From the NCBI GenBank assembly GCA_028819215.1, contig JAPPMG010000053.1, positions 30,280-94,279 of the forward strand: a stretch of 64,000 nucleotides of DNA, given 5' to 3'. A program made the position numbers and the translations under genes. Positions 37,698-48,200 of this stretch are shown piece after piece (position 1 is the first letter of the stretch; every line of letters starts with the position of its first letter). Below the pieces are notes generated by a model. It made no database searches. It was not told where the DNA came from and was given only the letters and a program-made list of their open reading frames with translations. This stretch comes from Bryobacterales bacterium (lineage in GTDB: Bacteria; Acidobacteriota; Terriglobia; Bryobacterales; UBA6623).

Positions 37698-38582
37698 CTA
37701 TTCGGAGTCTTCGTCCAAGTCGACCTGTCCGGCCCAGGCCGTGGTCTTGAACCAGTAGGCGTGACGCTCCTCCAGCCATCCGTTGCCAGTGTTCACCAAG
37801 ATCCAGTTGGAGAAGAAGTTGAGCGCGTCCGGATCGCCCTTGCGCAGTCCGAACGCCTCGTTGCCCTGCTCCAGGTTGTCCGTGGTCGGCAGGAAGAGCT
37901 TGTCCGCGTGGCGGTGGACTAGCAGCGTCGGGTTCGGATACGACGAGGCGAACGCGTGGGCGTTGCCGTTCAGGACTTCCTGCGCCGCTTGCGATTCGTC
38001 ATCGAACTTGCGCGTCGTCGCCTTCGGAAACCGCTCTTCCACTGCGCCGCAGGCCGTGGCGCCGCGCCGGCAGACGAACGTGACTTCGGAACTGTTGTAG
38101 TCGTCGGGCCACGTCATGCCCGCGGCGAGCTCGCTGCTGGCTGCGACTCCCAGCCCGGAATGCGCGTACGGCACTGTGAAGTTGACGGTCAGGTTGCGTT
38201 GGGCCGTGACGCTGAGGCCGCCGATGATCACGTCGAACTTGCCAGCGAGCAACGCCGGAATGATCCCGTCCCAGGCCGTCGGGACGAATTCAACGGCAAC
38301 CCCCATGTCCGCCGCGAGCTTCTTCGCGACGTCGATCTCGAACCCGACCAGCTCTCCTTTTTTGTTCCGCATCGCCCACGGCACGAATGTTGACATGCCG
38401 ACCTTCAGCGCCCCGCGCTTCTGGATCGTCTCGATGACGCTCTCGGACGAACGCTCGTGCCGGACCCGCTGCTCGCAGGCTCCAGTAGCGACCGCCATGG
38501 AGAGCGCGGCAGCCATCCCAAGCACCAACGCAGCATCAGTCAATCTCATCGCTTTCTCCTTTCCCATGCGAGTTCCTTGCAA
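37698..38582 (-). CDS. Amino-acid ABC transporter substrate-binding protein (family 3)
   Basis: An N-terminal signal or lipoprotein-like segment (AALSMAVATGAC). GALKVGMSTFVPWAMRNKKGELVGFEIDVAKKLAADMGV...PTAWDGIIPALLAGKFDVIIGGLS is the SBP_bac_3 pattern. Confidence 0.9.
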   Translation of the reverse strand: MQGTRMGKEKAMRLTDAALVLGMAAALSMAVATGACEQRVRHERSSESVIETIQKRGALKVGMSTFVPWAMRNKKGELVGFEIDVAKKLAADMGVAVEFVPTAWDGIIPALLAGKFDVIIGGLSVTAQRNLTVNFTVPYAHSGLGVAASSELAAGMTWPDDYNSSEVTFVCRRGATACGAVEERFPKATTRKFDDESQAAQEVLNGNAHAFASSYPNPTLLVHRHADKLFLPTTDNLEQGNEAFGLRKGDPDALNFFSNWILVNTGNGWLEERHAYWFKTTAWAGQVDLDEDSE

Positions 38583-38600
38583 AACGGGCAGACCGCAACC

Positions 38601-39530
38601 TCAGGCGCATGTCCGAACGCGGCGCTCAAGATAGCTCATGAAGACCGACAGCGCGACGGTCAGCCCGAGGTAGATGGCGGCGACCGTCATCCAGATCTCG
38701 AAGCTCAGGAACGTATCCGCGACCAGGTTGCGTCCCGCGGTGGTGAGGTCGAACACGGCGATGACGCTGACGATCGCCGAGTTCTTGACGAGCGAGATGA
38801 TCAGCCCGGTCAGCGGGGGGAGCATCAGGGGCACGGCCAGCGGGAGGATCACGTAGCGGTAACCCTGCGCGCGGCCGAGGCCGAGGCTGTCGCTCGCCTC
38901 GTGCTGGCCGCGCGGGACGGACAGGACTCCGGCCCGGATCACCTCGCATGCGAACGCTCCCTCGAAGACCGAAAGGCATGCTACCCCGACCCAGAACCGA
39001 TCAAGGCCGATAATCGGTCCGAGGACAAAGTAGAACAGATACATCTGGATCAGCAGCGGAGTGTTGCGAACCGCCTCGATATAGACCTTCGAAACGGCCC
39101 TGCCGGCCAGGGAGTCCGACAGGCGCAGCAACGCCGTCACCAGCCCGATCGCCAGGGCCAGCACGACGCTGCAGGCGGTGATCTTCAAGGTCACCGCCAA
39201 CCCCTTTGCCAGCGGTCCCCATAGCAACTCGCCATCGACCACTTCGAAAATGAACTGCGGGACGCGGTACCACTGCCAGTGGTAGTCCATGCCCATGGCA
39301 CCCGAGACCACCAGCCAAATCAGGGCGCCGCAAAGCACGAGGAACTGAACGGTGTCGAACCAGGGAGCGTTCCACCAGCGCGCACGGCGGACGAGCTTCG
39401 GCGGGCGCCGGGCAGGGACCGGCGCGGCGCCGGTGGGTGAAACGTCCAGACCCGGGGAAACCGTCTCTTCGACCCGTGCCCGGCGGGTCTTTCCCGGCCG
39501 CCATGGGAGCAGAAAATGCCGAAAGTTCAT
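38601..39530 (-). CDS. Amino-acid ABC transporter permease (with ~100-aa N-terminal extension)
   Basis: ATG at 39530; the ORF-track TTG at 39602 is an alternative and neither has a clear SD. The EAA loop is QHEASDSLGLGRAQGYRYVILPLAV. Confidence 0.85.
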   Translation of the reverse strand: MNFRHFLLPWRPGKTRRARVEETVSPGLDVSPTGAAPVPARRPPKLVRRARWWNAPWFDTVQFLVLCGALIWLVVSGAMGMDYHWQWYRVPQFIFEVVDGELLWGPLAKGLAVTLKITACSVVLALAIGLVTALLRLSDSLAGRAVSKVYIEAVRNTPLLIQMYLFYFVLGPIIGLDRFWVGVACLSVFEGAFACEVIRAGVLSVPRGQHEASDSLGLGRAQGYRYVILPLAVPLMLPPLTGLIISLVKNSAIVSVIAVFDLTTAGRNLVADTFLSFEIWMTVAAIYLGLTVALSVFMSYLERRVRTCA

Positions 39531-40221
39531 AGGAGCTGTCGGAGACTGCTGTTGTCTAGGAACAAGTCGGGCCGCGGACCATCGGCCAAGGTGACGCGGC
39601 AACGCCGCCTAGCGATTTGCCAGCACCTCCATGGCTATCCGCCGCTTCACCGAGGTCTGCGTGATGATCCGCTCGGAGGTCGGGGTCACAGTGCACCCCG
39701 CACGGGACGGAGAATCGGCGTGCGCTACCGGACCGCGGAGACTTCGCTTCGCGACTTGGTTGGAACGCGTGCTCGCGGATGGCTGTCGATTCAGACTCCT
39801 AGTCACCGTGCGACTATTTTCGCCCACCACCTGCCGGGCTCTTGCAGGACGGCTCGCATTCGAACCCTTCGACGGCCAGTCGTTACTGGCGAAGCCGGTT
39901 CGAGACGGTTCATTGGAACATCCTATTCGTGCCTCAAGATTCCGCTGATTGCGTGTAGCAACCGCAACGTCTCGGAGGTTGGAAAGGGATCCTCCGCACG
40001 CTGGCCTGTTCGAGACTGGCGTGGCAGGACTCCAACCCGCGATCAGTCCGTGCTAGGGAGTCATCCCACCGCCGCGGCTACAGATCCTTCCTCTGTTTCG
40101 CACGCCTTGACACCGGCAGGCAGACCTCCTCCAACAACCTCTTGCTAGGGACACAATTGGGGGGCAACATCTCGTGGAAATTGAATAACTTCAATTAAAT
40201 CATACAGTTAAGGGAGGGGAA

Positions 40222-40297
<76 letters not shown>

Positions 40298-40371
40298 AAG
40301 CCTAGATTCATCATACCAGCCCGCTTAGCCGTACGTTCCAGGCTGTGTGATACCTTTACGTTGGGCAGCGA

Positions 40372-41706
40372 ATGACCTCCCGAACGAGCGAACGGGATCT
40401 GGCCCGGATGGCCGAAGAGGTGCCCAATCCCATGAGCCGACGCTCTTTCATGGGAGCCGGCGCGGCCTCGGCCGTGGCCGCAGGCTCGGCCAGTGCGGCC
40501 GCGCCAAGCGACCGGGTGAACGTCGGCATGATCGGAGTCGGCGGACGAGGCCGGAGCCTCCTGCGCGGGTTCGGCAGCTTGCCCGACGTCCACGTTTCCT
40601 ACATCTGCGACGCAGATCAAGCATCGCTGGAGCGCGCTCTCCAGACGCTAGCCGAAGGGGGCAAGCCGCAACCGCAAACCACCCATGACATGCGCCATGT
40701 ATTCGATGACCCGGAAGTCGACGCCGTTGTCGTGGCGACGCCGGATCATTGGCACGCTCCGGCCACGATTCTGGCATGTGATGCAGGCAAGGATGTCTAC
40801 GTCGAGAAGCCCCCCTCGCACAACATCCGCGAAGGCCGGCTGATGCTCGACGCGGCCCGACGCAACGCCCGCATCGTGCAAGTCGGCACGCAGGCGCGCA
40901 GCCGTCCGTCGACTCGCAAGGGAATCGAGATCGCACGCTCGGGAGCCTTGGGCGACGTTCTGATGGCGAAGGCGTGGAACGTCCAACTCCGCAAGAACAT
41001 CGGCCGCAAGCCGAACTCGCCGGTGCCCAAGGGGGTCGACTACGAGACGTGGCTGGGACCCGCTCCTTGGATCCCCTTCAATGAGAACCGCTTCCACTAC
41101 AACTGGCACTGGCATTGGCACTTCGGCACGGGCGACGCGGGCAATGACGGCGCGCACCAACTCGATATCGCGCGCTGGGCGCTGGGCGTGGACATGCCCG
41201 AGAGCGCCAGCGGCATGGGTGGGAAGATCTTCTTCGACGACGACCAGCAGACTCCCGACACGATGAACGTGACGTTCCAGTACGGCGGCAAGGCCATGAT
41301 CTGGGAAATGCGCATCTGGAACCCCTACGGCCTGGAGGGGCAAGACAACGGCGTTGCCGTTTATGGCACGGATGCGTCGATCCAGATCGGCAGATGGAAT
41401 CGGCGCTGGGGCTACAAGCTGTACGACAATAAGGGCAAGCTGGTTGAGCACAACGACGCGGATGACGAGGCGGACGATCACATGCGCAACTTCATCGAGT
41501 GCGTCCGCACTCGCGAATTGCCTGCGGCCGACATCGCAACAGGGCACCTCTCCGCAATCCACTGCCATCTAGCGAACATCGTGTCCCGCACAGGCCGCAC
41601 CCTGGCTTTCGACCAAGAGACCGAGACCATCGTGGGCGATCCCCACGCAAACCTGTACGTGAAGCGTGCGTATCGCACGCACTGGAGCACGCCCAAGGGC
41701 GCCTAG
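40372..41706 (+). CDS. Gfo/Idh/MocA-family oxidoreductase with Tat signal peptide
   Basis: The twin-arginine motif is MSRRSFMGAGAASAVAAGSASAA, so the likely true start is 40432. The Rossmann motif is VNVGMIGVGGRGRS. EKPPSHN and the C-terminal alpha/beta domain are present. Confidence 0.85.
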   Translation: MTSRTSERDLARMAEEVPNPMSRRSFMGAGAASAVAAGSASAAAPSDRVNVGMIGVGGRGRSLLRGFGSLPDVHVSYICDADQASLERALQTLAEGGKPQPQTTHDMRHVFDDPEVDAVVVATPDHWHAPATILACDAGKDVYVEKPPSHNIREGRLMLDAARRNARIVQVGTQARSRPSTRKGIEIARSGALGDVLMAKAWNVQLRKNIGRKPNSPVPKGVDYETWLGPAPWIPFNENRFHYNWHWHWHFGTGDAGNDGAHQLDIARWALGVDMPESASGMGGKIFFDDDQQTPDTMNVTFQYGGKAMIWEMRIWNPYGLEGQDNGVAVYGTDASIQIGRWNRRWGYKLYDNKGKLVEHNDADDEADDHMRNFIECVRTRELPAADIATGHLSAIHCHLANIVSRTGRTLAFDQETETIVGDPHANLYVKRAYRTHWSTPKGA

Positions 41707-41897
41707 CGGAGACACTCGAACAACACATGCAGCCCGAATCGGACCCCGATCATCAACCTCCACGAAGCAAGCCCATTCGTCCCGGGCCCGGCCAGCGCAG
41801 CGGCCGGTCACCGTACTCCGACAGCCAGACCAGCCTGATAACGAGTGTCCGCGAGCGGCGCTCGGGATCCCGCAGAAGCCGCGCGAGCTGAGCCGCG

Positions 41898-43142
41898 ATG
41901 ACGTACCTGCTCATCTGCGGCGGCCTGACGGTCCTGATCTCGGCGATTTGCTCGCTGCTCGAAGCCACGCTCTACTCCACGCGCATGAGCGCTCTGGAAG
42001 CGGAAAGGGCCGATGGCGAGCGAGCGGAAAAGGCCGAGCGATTCATTGCGATGAAAGCTGACATCGCCAGGCCTACGTCTGCCATCTTGGTGTTGAACAC
42101 CATCGCCAACACGGCCGGCGCGGCGATCTGCGGCATGTTGGCCGCTCGGTTGCTGGGGGCGCAGTGGGTGCCCGCCTTCTCCGTCGGGCTGGTGCTGGCC
42201 ATCCTGTTCGTCGGCGAGATCCTGCCAAAGACCTACGGCGCGACGCACTGGCGCTCGATCTGGCACAGGATCGTCTGGCCGCTGGTCGTGCTGCAAAAGG
42301 TCCTCTCCCCGGCCGTCAAGATCACCCAGAAATTCGCAGACCTCTTCACGGGAGCACGCGGCACCCCAGCCATCACCGAAGACGAGATCCAAGCGAGCAT
42401 CGAGCTAGGCGGGCAGTCCGGAGAGCTGACACCCTCCGAGCTCGAGCTCCTCAGCGCCGTGTTCCGCTTCGACGACATGCTCACCCGGCAGGTCATGGTG
42501 CCCCGTCGCGACGTGGTGTTCTTGGATGTTCGCAAGCCGGCTTCGGAATGCTTCGAGCTTGCTCGCAAGTCTCGCCACACTCGCTTTCCCCTTTGCGAGG
42601 GATCTTTGGACGAGGTCGTCGGGCTGGTGCACATCAAGGACCTGCTCGGCTTGGCGGCTGACGAGAATCTGGACCTCAGGTCTGTCTCTCGGGAGCTCTG
42701 CCATGTCCCCGAGACCATGCCGATCAGCGAGCTGATGCACGAGATGCAAAACACCCACCAGCACATGGCGCTCGTCGACGACGAGTACGGCTCGGTCGTT
42801 GGCATCGTCACGATGGAAAACGTGGTCGAGCAGATTGTCGGGGCGGTGCAGGACGAATTCGATTCGGAAGCGCCGGAAGTGGAGCAAGAGAGTCCGGGCG
42901 TCTACCTGGTGAACGGCTCGGTGCCCCTGGAACGCCTCAACCGCGAGGTGAGTCTCAGCCTCGAGTCGACTGACGTGGACACGCTCTCCGGCCTTCTAGT
43001 CAGCCGCATCGGACGCCTGCTGGGGGCTGGCGACACGGTGGAGCTGGAAGGCGCCACCGCCGAGGTCATCGAGGAACAGGGCGGGCACGCGGTCCGGGTC
43101 AAGCTCATGCTCCAGTCTGGCGACGAGGGAGCAGACCTGTAG
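41898..43142 (+). CDS. HlyC/CorC-family transporter (CNNM/DUF21 + CBS pair + CorC_HlyC)
   Basis: N-terminal TM segments with EILPKTYG, CBS-region MVPRRDVVFLD...HTRFPLCEGSLDEVVGLVHIKDLL...LVDDEYGSVVGIVTMENVVEQIVG, and a C-terminal transporter-associated domain. Confidence 0.88.
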   Translation: MTYLLICGGLTVLISAICSLLEATLYSTRMSALEAERADGERAEKAERFIAMKADIARPTSAILVLNTIANTAGAAICGMLAARLLGAQWVPAFSVGLVLAILFVGEILPKTYGATHWRSIWHRIVWPLVVLQKVLSPAVKITQKFADLFTGARGTPAITEDEIQASIELGGQSGELTPSELELLSAVFRFDDMLTRQVMVPRRDVVFLDVRKPASECFELARKSRHTRFPLCEGSLDEVVGLVHIKDLLGLAADENLDLRSVSRELCHVPETMPISELMHEMQNTHQHMALVDDEYGSVVGIVTMENVVEQIVGAVQDEFDSEAPEVEQESPGVYLVNGSVPLERLNREVSLSLESTDVDTLSGLLVSRIGRLLGAGDTVELEGATAEVIEEQGGHAVRVKLMLQSGDEGADL

Positions 43143-43152
43143 GGCCTGCGGG

Positions 43153-44175
43153 CTAGAAGACGACTCCCAGACCGGTAACGACGCCGTAGTCGTTGCGCGC
43201 GACCATTGCCGCCGGCCGCGTGTCATAACGGTCGAACAGACGCAGCGAGTACGTGAAGCGGCCGGCGATCGGCACGCGGAATGTCCCGTCGTACTCGACC
43301 CGCACATCGGAGCCATCGAGCAGGTTGGGATGGATCGTCAGCTGCGTGTCGACGCTGACGACGCCTAGCAGCAATGTGGACCACTCCACTCCGCCGAAGG
43401 ACTCGAATGTCGATTGATTGGCTTGATCGCGCAGCCGCTCGTGCACGTAGGCCGCGCCGCCCAGCAGCGACAGCGTTGTATTGCCGGTGCTCCGCACGCG
43501 CCAACCCATGCCGCCGCCGAGCCGGCTGCGCAAGTCCAGCAGGCGGCGCTCGTTGCGCTCCAGGCCGGTCAGCGCATAGGCGAAGCTGCGGTCGTTCAGG
43601 AAGCGGTCCAGGCGAGCGTTGAGCGCATGCCGGCTCTGGGAACGCGCCCCGTCCTGTCTGGCAAACAGCGAGTTGATCCGCCCAGAGAACTGGTACTGCG
43701 CAGAGGTGTAGCCCGCCCTGATTCCGGTCGAGGACTGCATCTGGTTCTGGTTGCCTCTGGCAACGCTGTAGCCGATGTCTGCTGAGCCGTCCAGGGCCGA
43801 GATCACCTTTCGCGCGCCGCGTCTCGGGGTGCCGCGCACGACCCGAGCGACCTCCGCTGAAGGGACGGATACCGGCTCGCGAGACTGCTGCGAGACCACG
43901 ACGCGGGCGCCATCAAGGGTCAGCCGCCCGTCGAGACGCTGCCCGTGCGCCGTCAAGACCGAAAAGTCGGCTTCGGTCTGGAGCTCGCGGATGTCGCTCC
44001 ACTCGATCTGCACCGTGCCGGCTAGGTCCGACTGCAGCGTCAGCTTGCCATCCGAGACTCGGCGCACGACGCCAGTCAGCCGATCCCCGTTGGCCAGCGT
44101 CACGATATCTGCGGGCAAGGCCGCTTGGCCCGCAAGAGCGAGGAGAAGGCCGAATAGAGTGCGAGGGAGATGCAT
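43153..44175 (-). CDS. DUF481-family outer-membrane beta-barrel protein
   Basis: A signal peptide, then LANGDRLTGVVRRVSDGKLTLQSDLAGTVQIEWSDI, alternating beta-strand pattern, and a C-terminal aromatic end ...VTGLGVVF. Confidence 0.7.
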   Translation of the reverse strand: MHLPRTLFGLLLALAGQAALPADIVTLANGDRLTGVVRRVSDGKLTLQSDLAGTVQIEWSDIRELQTEADFSVLTAHGQRLDGRLTLDGARVVVSQQSREPVSVPSAEVARVVRGTPRRGARKVISALDGSADIGYSVARGNQNQMQSSTGIRAGYTSAQYQFSGRINSLFARQDGARSQSRHALNARLDRFLNDRSFAYALTGLERNERRLLDLRSRLGGGMGWRVRSTGNTTLSLLGGAAYVHERLRDQANQSTFESFGGVEWSTLLLGVVSVDTQLTIHPNLLDGSDVRVEYDGTFRVPIAGRFTYSLRLFDRYDTRPAAMVARNDYGVVTGLGVVF

Positions 44176-44283
44176 GGCGAGGGAACTGGAGGGTCCGCAG
44201 TCCCAAGGGCGGACAGCGGACCTCTTCTCTCACTCTAAGGCCCCGGACGCGGCGCGAACGGCAGCGCCTGCTGCAGCCGATGG

Positions 44284-45156
44284 CTAGTGGCTGGGACCCG
44301 CCGCCGCGGCGGTGGGATCGCCCGGCTGGGGCAGCCGCGGGGGCAGCGGGACGAGCCCGTCCGGATCAAACAGCCGCCCGGGCAGAAAATCCGAAACTCG
44401 GGGGCCTTGCAAGGCGCGCACCTTGATGTTTCGGTACCACACAGGGTGGTTGTGGTGAGTCAGCGCGATGTGCCCGGGCCCCTTGAAACCGAAGCCCGGG
44501 ACGCGCTTGAACTTGGTCTGCTCGACGCGCGCGAACATGTCCGGGGAGTTGAACTCGTACTCAAGGATCTTCGTGCCGTTCAGCCAGTGTTCGCCGTGGG
44601 TTCCGCGCACCACGATGCGCGAGGTGTTCCATTCGCCGGCAGGGCGAACCGGCTTGTCAGCGACGGGCTGGTAGAGCAGGTACAGCGAGCCGCAGCTGGA
44701 GTACTCCCACCCATTCCTGCGGCGGTTCAAGGCGTCATCGTCCAAGAGCTGATACTCCGGGCCGGTAGCCCTCAGCATCGATCGGCGCTTCGCTTCCGGA
44801 CTCAGGTGCGGCCGGTAGCCGGGCCCGGCCCAAGCCTTCTGAACCAGGTACTTGACACCGCTGTTGCCGCCCTTGACGAGCTTCCAGTCGAAGGTCAGCT
44901 CGAAGTTCTCGAACTGGCTCACGGTCACGATGTCGCCGCCGCTGTTGTCGGCCAGGGTCCGGATCGTGCCGTCCTCGATCGCCCACGAGCTGGCGGGAAA
45001 CGGCGTGTCCTGAAAACCCTCCCAGCCGGTGGAGGTCGAGCCGTCAAAGAGCAGTTGCCAGCCTTGAAGCTTTTCCGCTTCGGTCAAGCTGTTGTGCGAT
45101 GGTTCCGCCAGTCCGAGGCTGGCTGCGAGAGTCGCTAGTAGGATGGTGCGCAGCAT
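44284..45156 (-). CDS. Secreted DUF1080 (3-keto-disaccharide hydrolase-like) protein
   Basis: The signal peptide is MLRTILLATLAASLGLA. GWQLLFDGSSTSTGWEG-type opening (GWQLLFDGSTSTGWEGF), FELTFDWKLVKGGNSGVKY, WNTSRIVVRGTHGEHWLNG and GHIALTHHNHPVWYRNIKV are the DUF1080 jelly-roll pattern. Confidence 0.8.
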   Translation of the reverse strand: MLRTILLATLAASLGLAEPSHNSLTEAEKLQGWQLLFDGSTSTGWEGFQDTPFPASSWAIEDGTIRTLADNSGGDIVTVSQFENFELTFDWKLVKGGNSGVKYLVQKAWAGPGYRPHLSPEAKRRSMLRATGPEYQLLDDDALNRRRNGWEYSSCGSLYLLYQPVADKPVRPAGEWNTSRIVVRGTHGEHWLNGTKILEYEFNSPDMFARVEQTKFKRVPGFGFKGPGHIALTHHNHPVWYRNIKVRALQGPRVSDFLPGRLFDPDGLVPLPPRLPQPGDPTAAAAGPSH

Positions 45157-45201
45157 GGTTGATCCCGAGGTTCAAGCATAGCCGATCGAGCGCTTGCAGG
45201 C

Positions 45202-48200
45202 TCACCGCACGAACAAGAATTCCGCTGCGTTGAAGACGGCATGAGCAAGATCGGCCCAGATGGCCGGGTCATCGAGCCCGGCCGAGTCGCGCAAGCGCAC
45301 CTGGCTGGCCAGGAAGCCTTCGATCTCTGAGATTTCCGACTCTTCCGGCGGCCTGCCGTATGCCCGCAGGTACATGTCCTCGATGCGCTCCTGCGTGCCC
45401 TCGTGCGCCCGCAGCGTGCGCTCGGCCCAAAGCCGGGCCTGGCCGTTGACGAACTCGTTGTTGAGCATCAGCAGTGCTTGGGAAGCCACGGCCGAAACAC
45501 CCCTGCGGCCCTCGGTCGAGATCGGCAGGGGGTAGTCGAAGGCCAGGAAAAGCGGCGGCAGGAAGTTGCGCCGCACCTGCAAGTAGATGCTGCGCCGGCC
45601 GAGGCCGTCCAGCGGCCCCGACGCGGGCTTGCCACGGCCGTCCTGGTACTCGCTTATGTGCGGCGGCACCCCGGGTCCGCCAACGGACGGATCCAGCGCC
45701 CCGGAGACAGCCAGCAGCGAATCGCGGACGGCCTCGGCCTCAAGGCGGCGGACCGGGAAGTGCGACAGCAGGCGGTTCGACGGATCCAGCGCCTCGGCCC
45801 TCTCCGACGGCGCGCTGGACGCCCGGTACGTGCTCGAGAGAACGATCTCGCGGTGCAGGTCCTTGACCGACCAGCCCGAGTCCATGAACTTCCGCGCCAG
45901 GAAGTCCAGCAAGGCGGGGTGCGTGGGCTCCTCGCCCATGCGGCCGAAATTGTCTGGGCTCGCGACGATGCCTCGGCCGAAGTGGTGGTGCCATACGCGA
46001 TTGGCCATCACGCGGGCGGTGAGCGGGTTCTTCTCGCTGGCCACCCACTGCGCCAGCTCCAAGCGCCCCGAGCCGTTGCGGTACGGATCCTGCTCGCTGC
46101 CGGCGATCACCTGCAAGAACTGGCGGGGTGCGATCTCGCCCGCATTCTTGTGGTTGCCGCGGATATGGATCGGCGAGTCGGCGGGCTGCCAGTCCCGGCT
46201 CGACATCGCAAACATCGAAGCGGGCACGGCTTGGTCGAGCCGGTCGCGGCGGGACGCGAGTTCGGAATAGCGCCGAAGCTCATCCTCGGCAAGGAACTCC
46301 GCTGCTTGATCGCGCCGGGTGTGGCCGAGAATTCCCGACAGCAGCGCGTCGTCCGCCGGGCCGCTCGCTGCCGCGGACAATGTTCGGGCCAGAGCCTCGT
46401 AGGCCAGAGCGAGATCGGGCAAGGAACGAATCGTCTCGTCGGCGAGCAGGTCCAGAACCCGGGCGCTGACCGGCCCGGAAATCGGCGGGGGCTTGGGCGC
46501 GGACGAGAACACGATCTGGTCCACGGTGATCGAGCCCGCCCGGTCGCGGTCCACGATCTCGATCGAGCAAATGCGCCCGCGCTCCTTGGTCATCGCGATG
46601 GTGTGCCAGCGCAGGCGACCGCTGCCGTCGGGCATGGCATGCCCGGACTTGTGCTCGTCGGCGATCACGGTGACGCGCGCCGGGGCATCTTCCTTGAGGC
46701 GGCGGTCGTATTGCGGACCCGCGAGCCGCACGTGGACATACTTGGCGGGCATGCGGAACTTCTCCGTGGTGAGCGTTCCCACCAACGCTTCGGCGCCACT
46801 GCCCGAAGATGCCGCCACCGCTTGGCCCCAGTGGCCGCCCAAACGCTGAGAAGGCGGGACGGCGCGAACCGGGCCGGATCCGAAGCCGGCGCCGTTGACG
46901 GCCCACTTGCCAAAGCCTGCCTCGAAGTCTTCGAAGATCTCGTCCCCGCGCTCGCTCCAGAGCTGGTGGCCGCGATCTGCCTTGGCCGCCCATTCGGACA
47001 TCTCACGCCGCATGCCAGCGAGGAGCTCTGCGACCTCAGCAGCCCCTTCGACGGCCCGTGATTTCGCGATCTTGGCGAACGGATACAGCGGGTGCGAAGG
47101 CTCCTCGGCCGCGAAATCCAGTTCTGCCGCCAACCCGTCCGAATCCTCCGTGCTCGCTTCCTCTGCCGCTGCAACGAGCCGCTCGGCCAGCCCCTCTACA
47201 GCCCGGCCCCGGGCGCCCTGGAGCATGCCCGCGATCTGTCCGTTGATCCCGCCAATCTCCCGGTCCGCCGCCCGAATCGCGCTGGCCCGCTCCGGGGAGT
47301 CGATGCAGGTCTCGTCCATATGCGTAGAAGCTAGGATTCCGAACAGCGAGTAGTAGTCGGCGGTGGGGATCGGATCGAACTTGTGGTCGTGGCAGCGGGC
47401 GCAGGCCACGGTCAAGCCTTGGGTGGCCTTGGTCAGCACGTCGATCTGGTTGTCGATCTGGTCAGCCCGCGCCTTGACCGAGTCGGTCGGAGAATTGAGG
47501 ACCTCCCACAGCCAGTACATGCCGGAGGCGATCGGGTTGACGTAGTGCGTGCCGTCCGCCGACAGTCTCGGCGGCATGAGGTCGCCTGCAATCTGCTCCT
47601 GCAGGAAGCGGTTGTAGGGCAGATCGCTGTTGAACGACTCGATGACGTAGTCGCGGAACCTCCAAGCATCGAGCTTGTTGTTGTCGAACTCGTGACCGTT
47701 CGTCTCGGCCCAGCGCACCAAGTCGAGCCAGTGTCGCCCCCAACGCTCGCCGTAATGGGGCGAGTCGAGCAGCCTTTCGACGACGCGCGAGTAGGCCCCC
47801 GGGGCTGTGTCGGACAAGAACGCTTCCAGATCGGCGGGGGTTGGCGGCAAGCCGGTCAGGTCGAAGGCGACCCGTCGCAGCATCGTCCGACGATCGGCTC
47901 CGGCGGGCGCCTCCAATCCCTCGGCTTCTAGCCGGGCGAGGATGAACCGATCCACGTCAGTGCGCGCCCAATCCGTGTTGCGCACTTCAGGCCGCGCCGG
48001 CTGGCCTACCGGCCGAAAGCTCCAGAACCGCCGGCCCTCCGCTAGATCAAGGCCGGATTCTTCGACCTCTGGCGCCGTGGCGGAGCGGGGATCCGGCGCG
48101 CCCATCCGAATCCAGGACTCGAGGTTAGCCACTTCCTCGTCCGAAAGCCTGCCCGATGGCGGCATTTTCAAGTCGATCGAGGAGTATGAGACCGCCTTCA

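Noticed and set aside
36739-37779. 346-aa alternative-frame ORF over the ABC permease
   Set aside because: It has no TM segments, while the 36777-37667 frame has the EAA permease loop.
39603-40221. Structured housekeeping RNA (RNase P, tmRNA, SRP/4.5S) or extra tRNA next to tRNA-Ala
   Set aside because: I found no GAGGAAAGTCCGGGC, no tRNA-like acceptor/T-arm pairing around the GGGTTCGAATGC-like string, and no SRP domain IV motif. A covariance-model scan is still advisable.
45403-47061. 552-aa ORF antisense to the PSCyt/PSD1 gene
   Set aside because: Same GC-rich antisense artefact. It has no motifs, while the opposite strand has DUF1549/DUF1553 signatures throughout.
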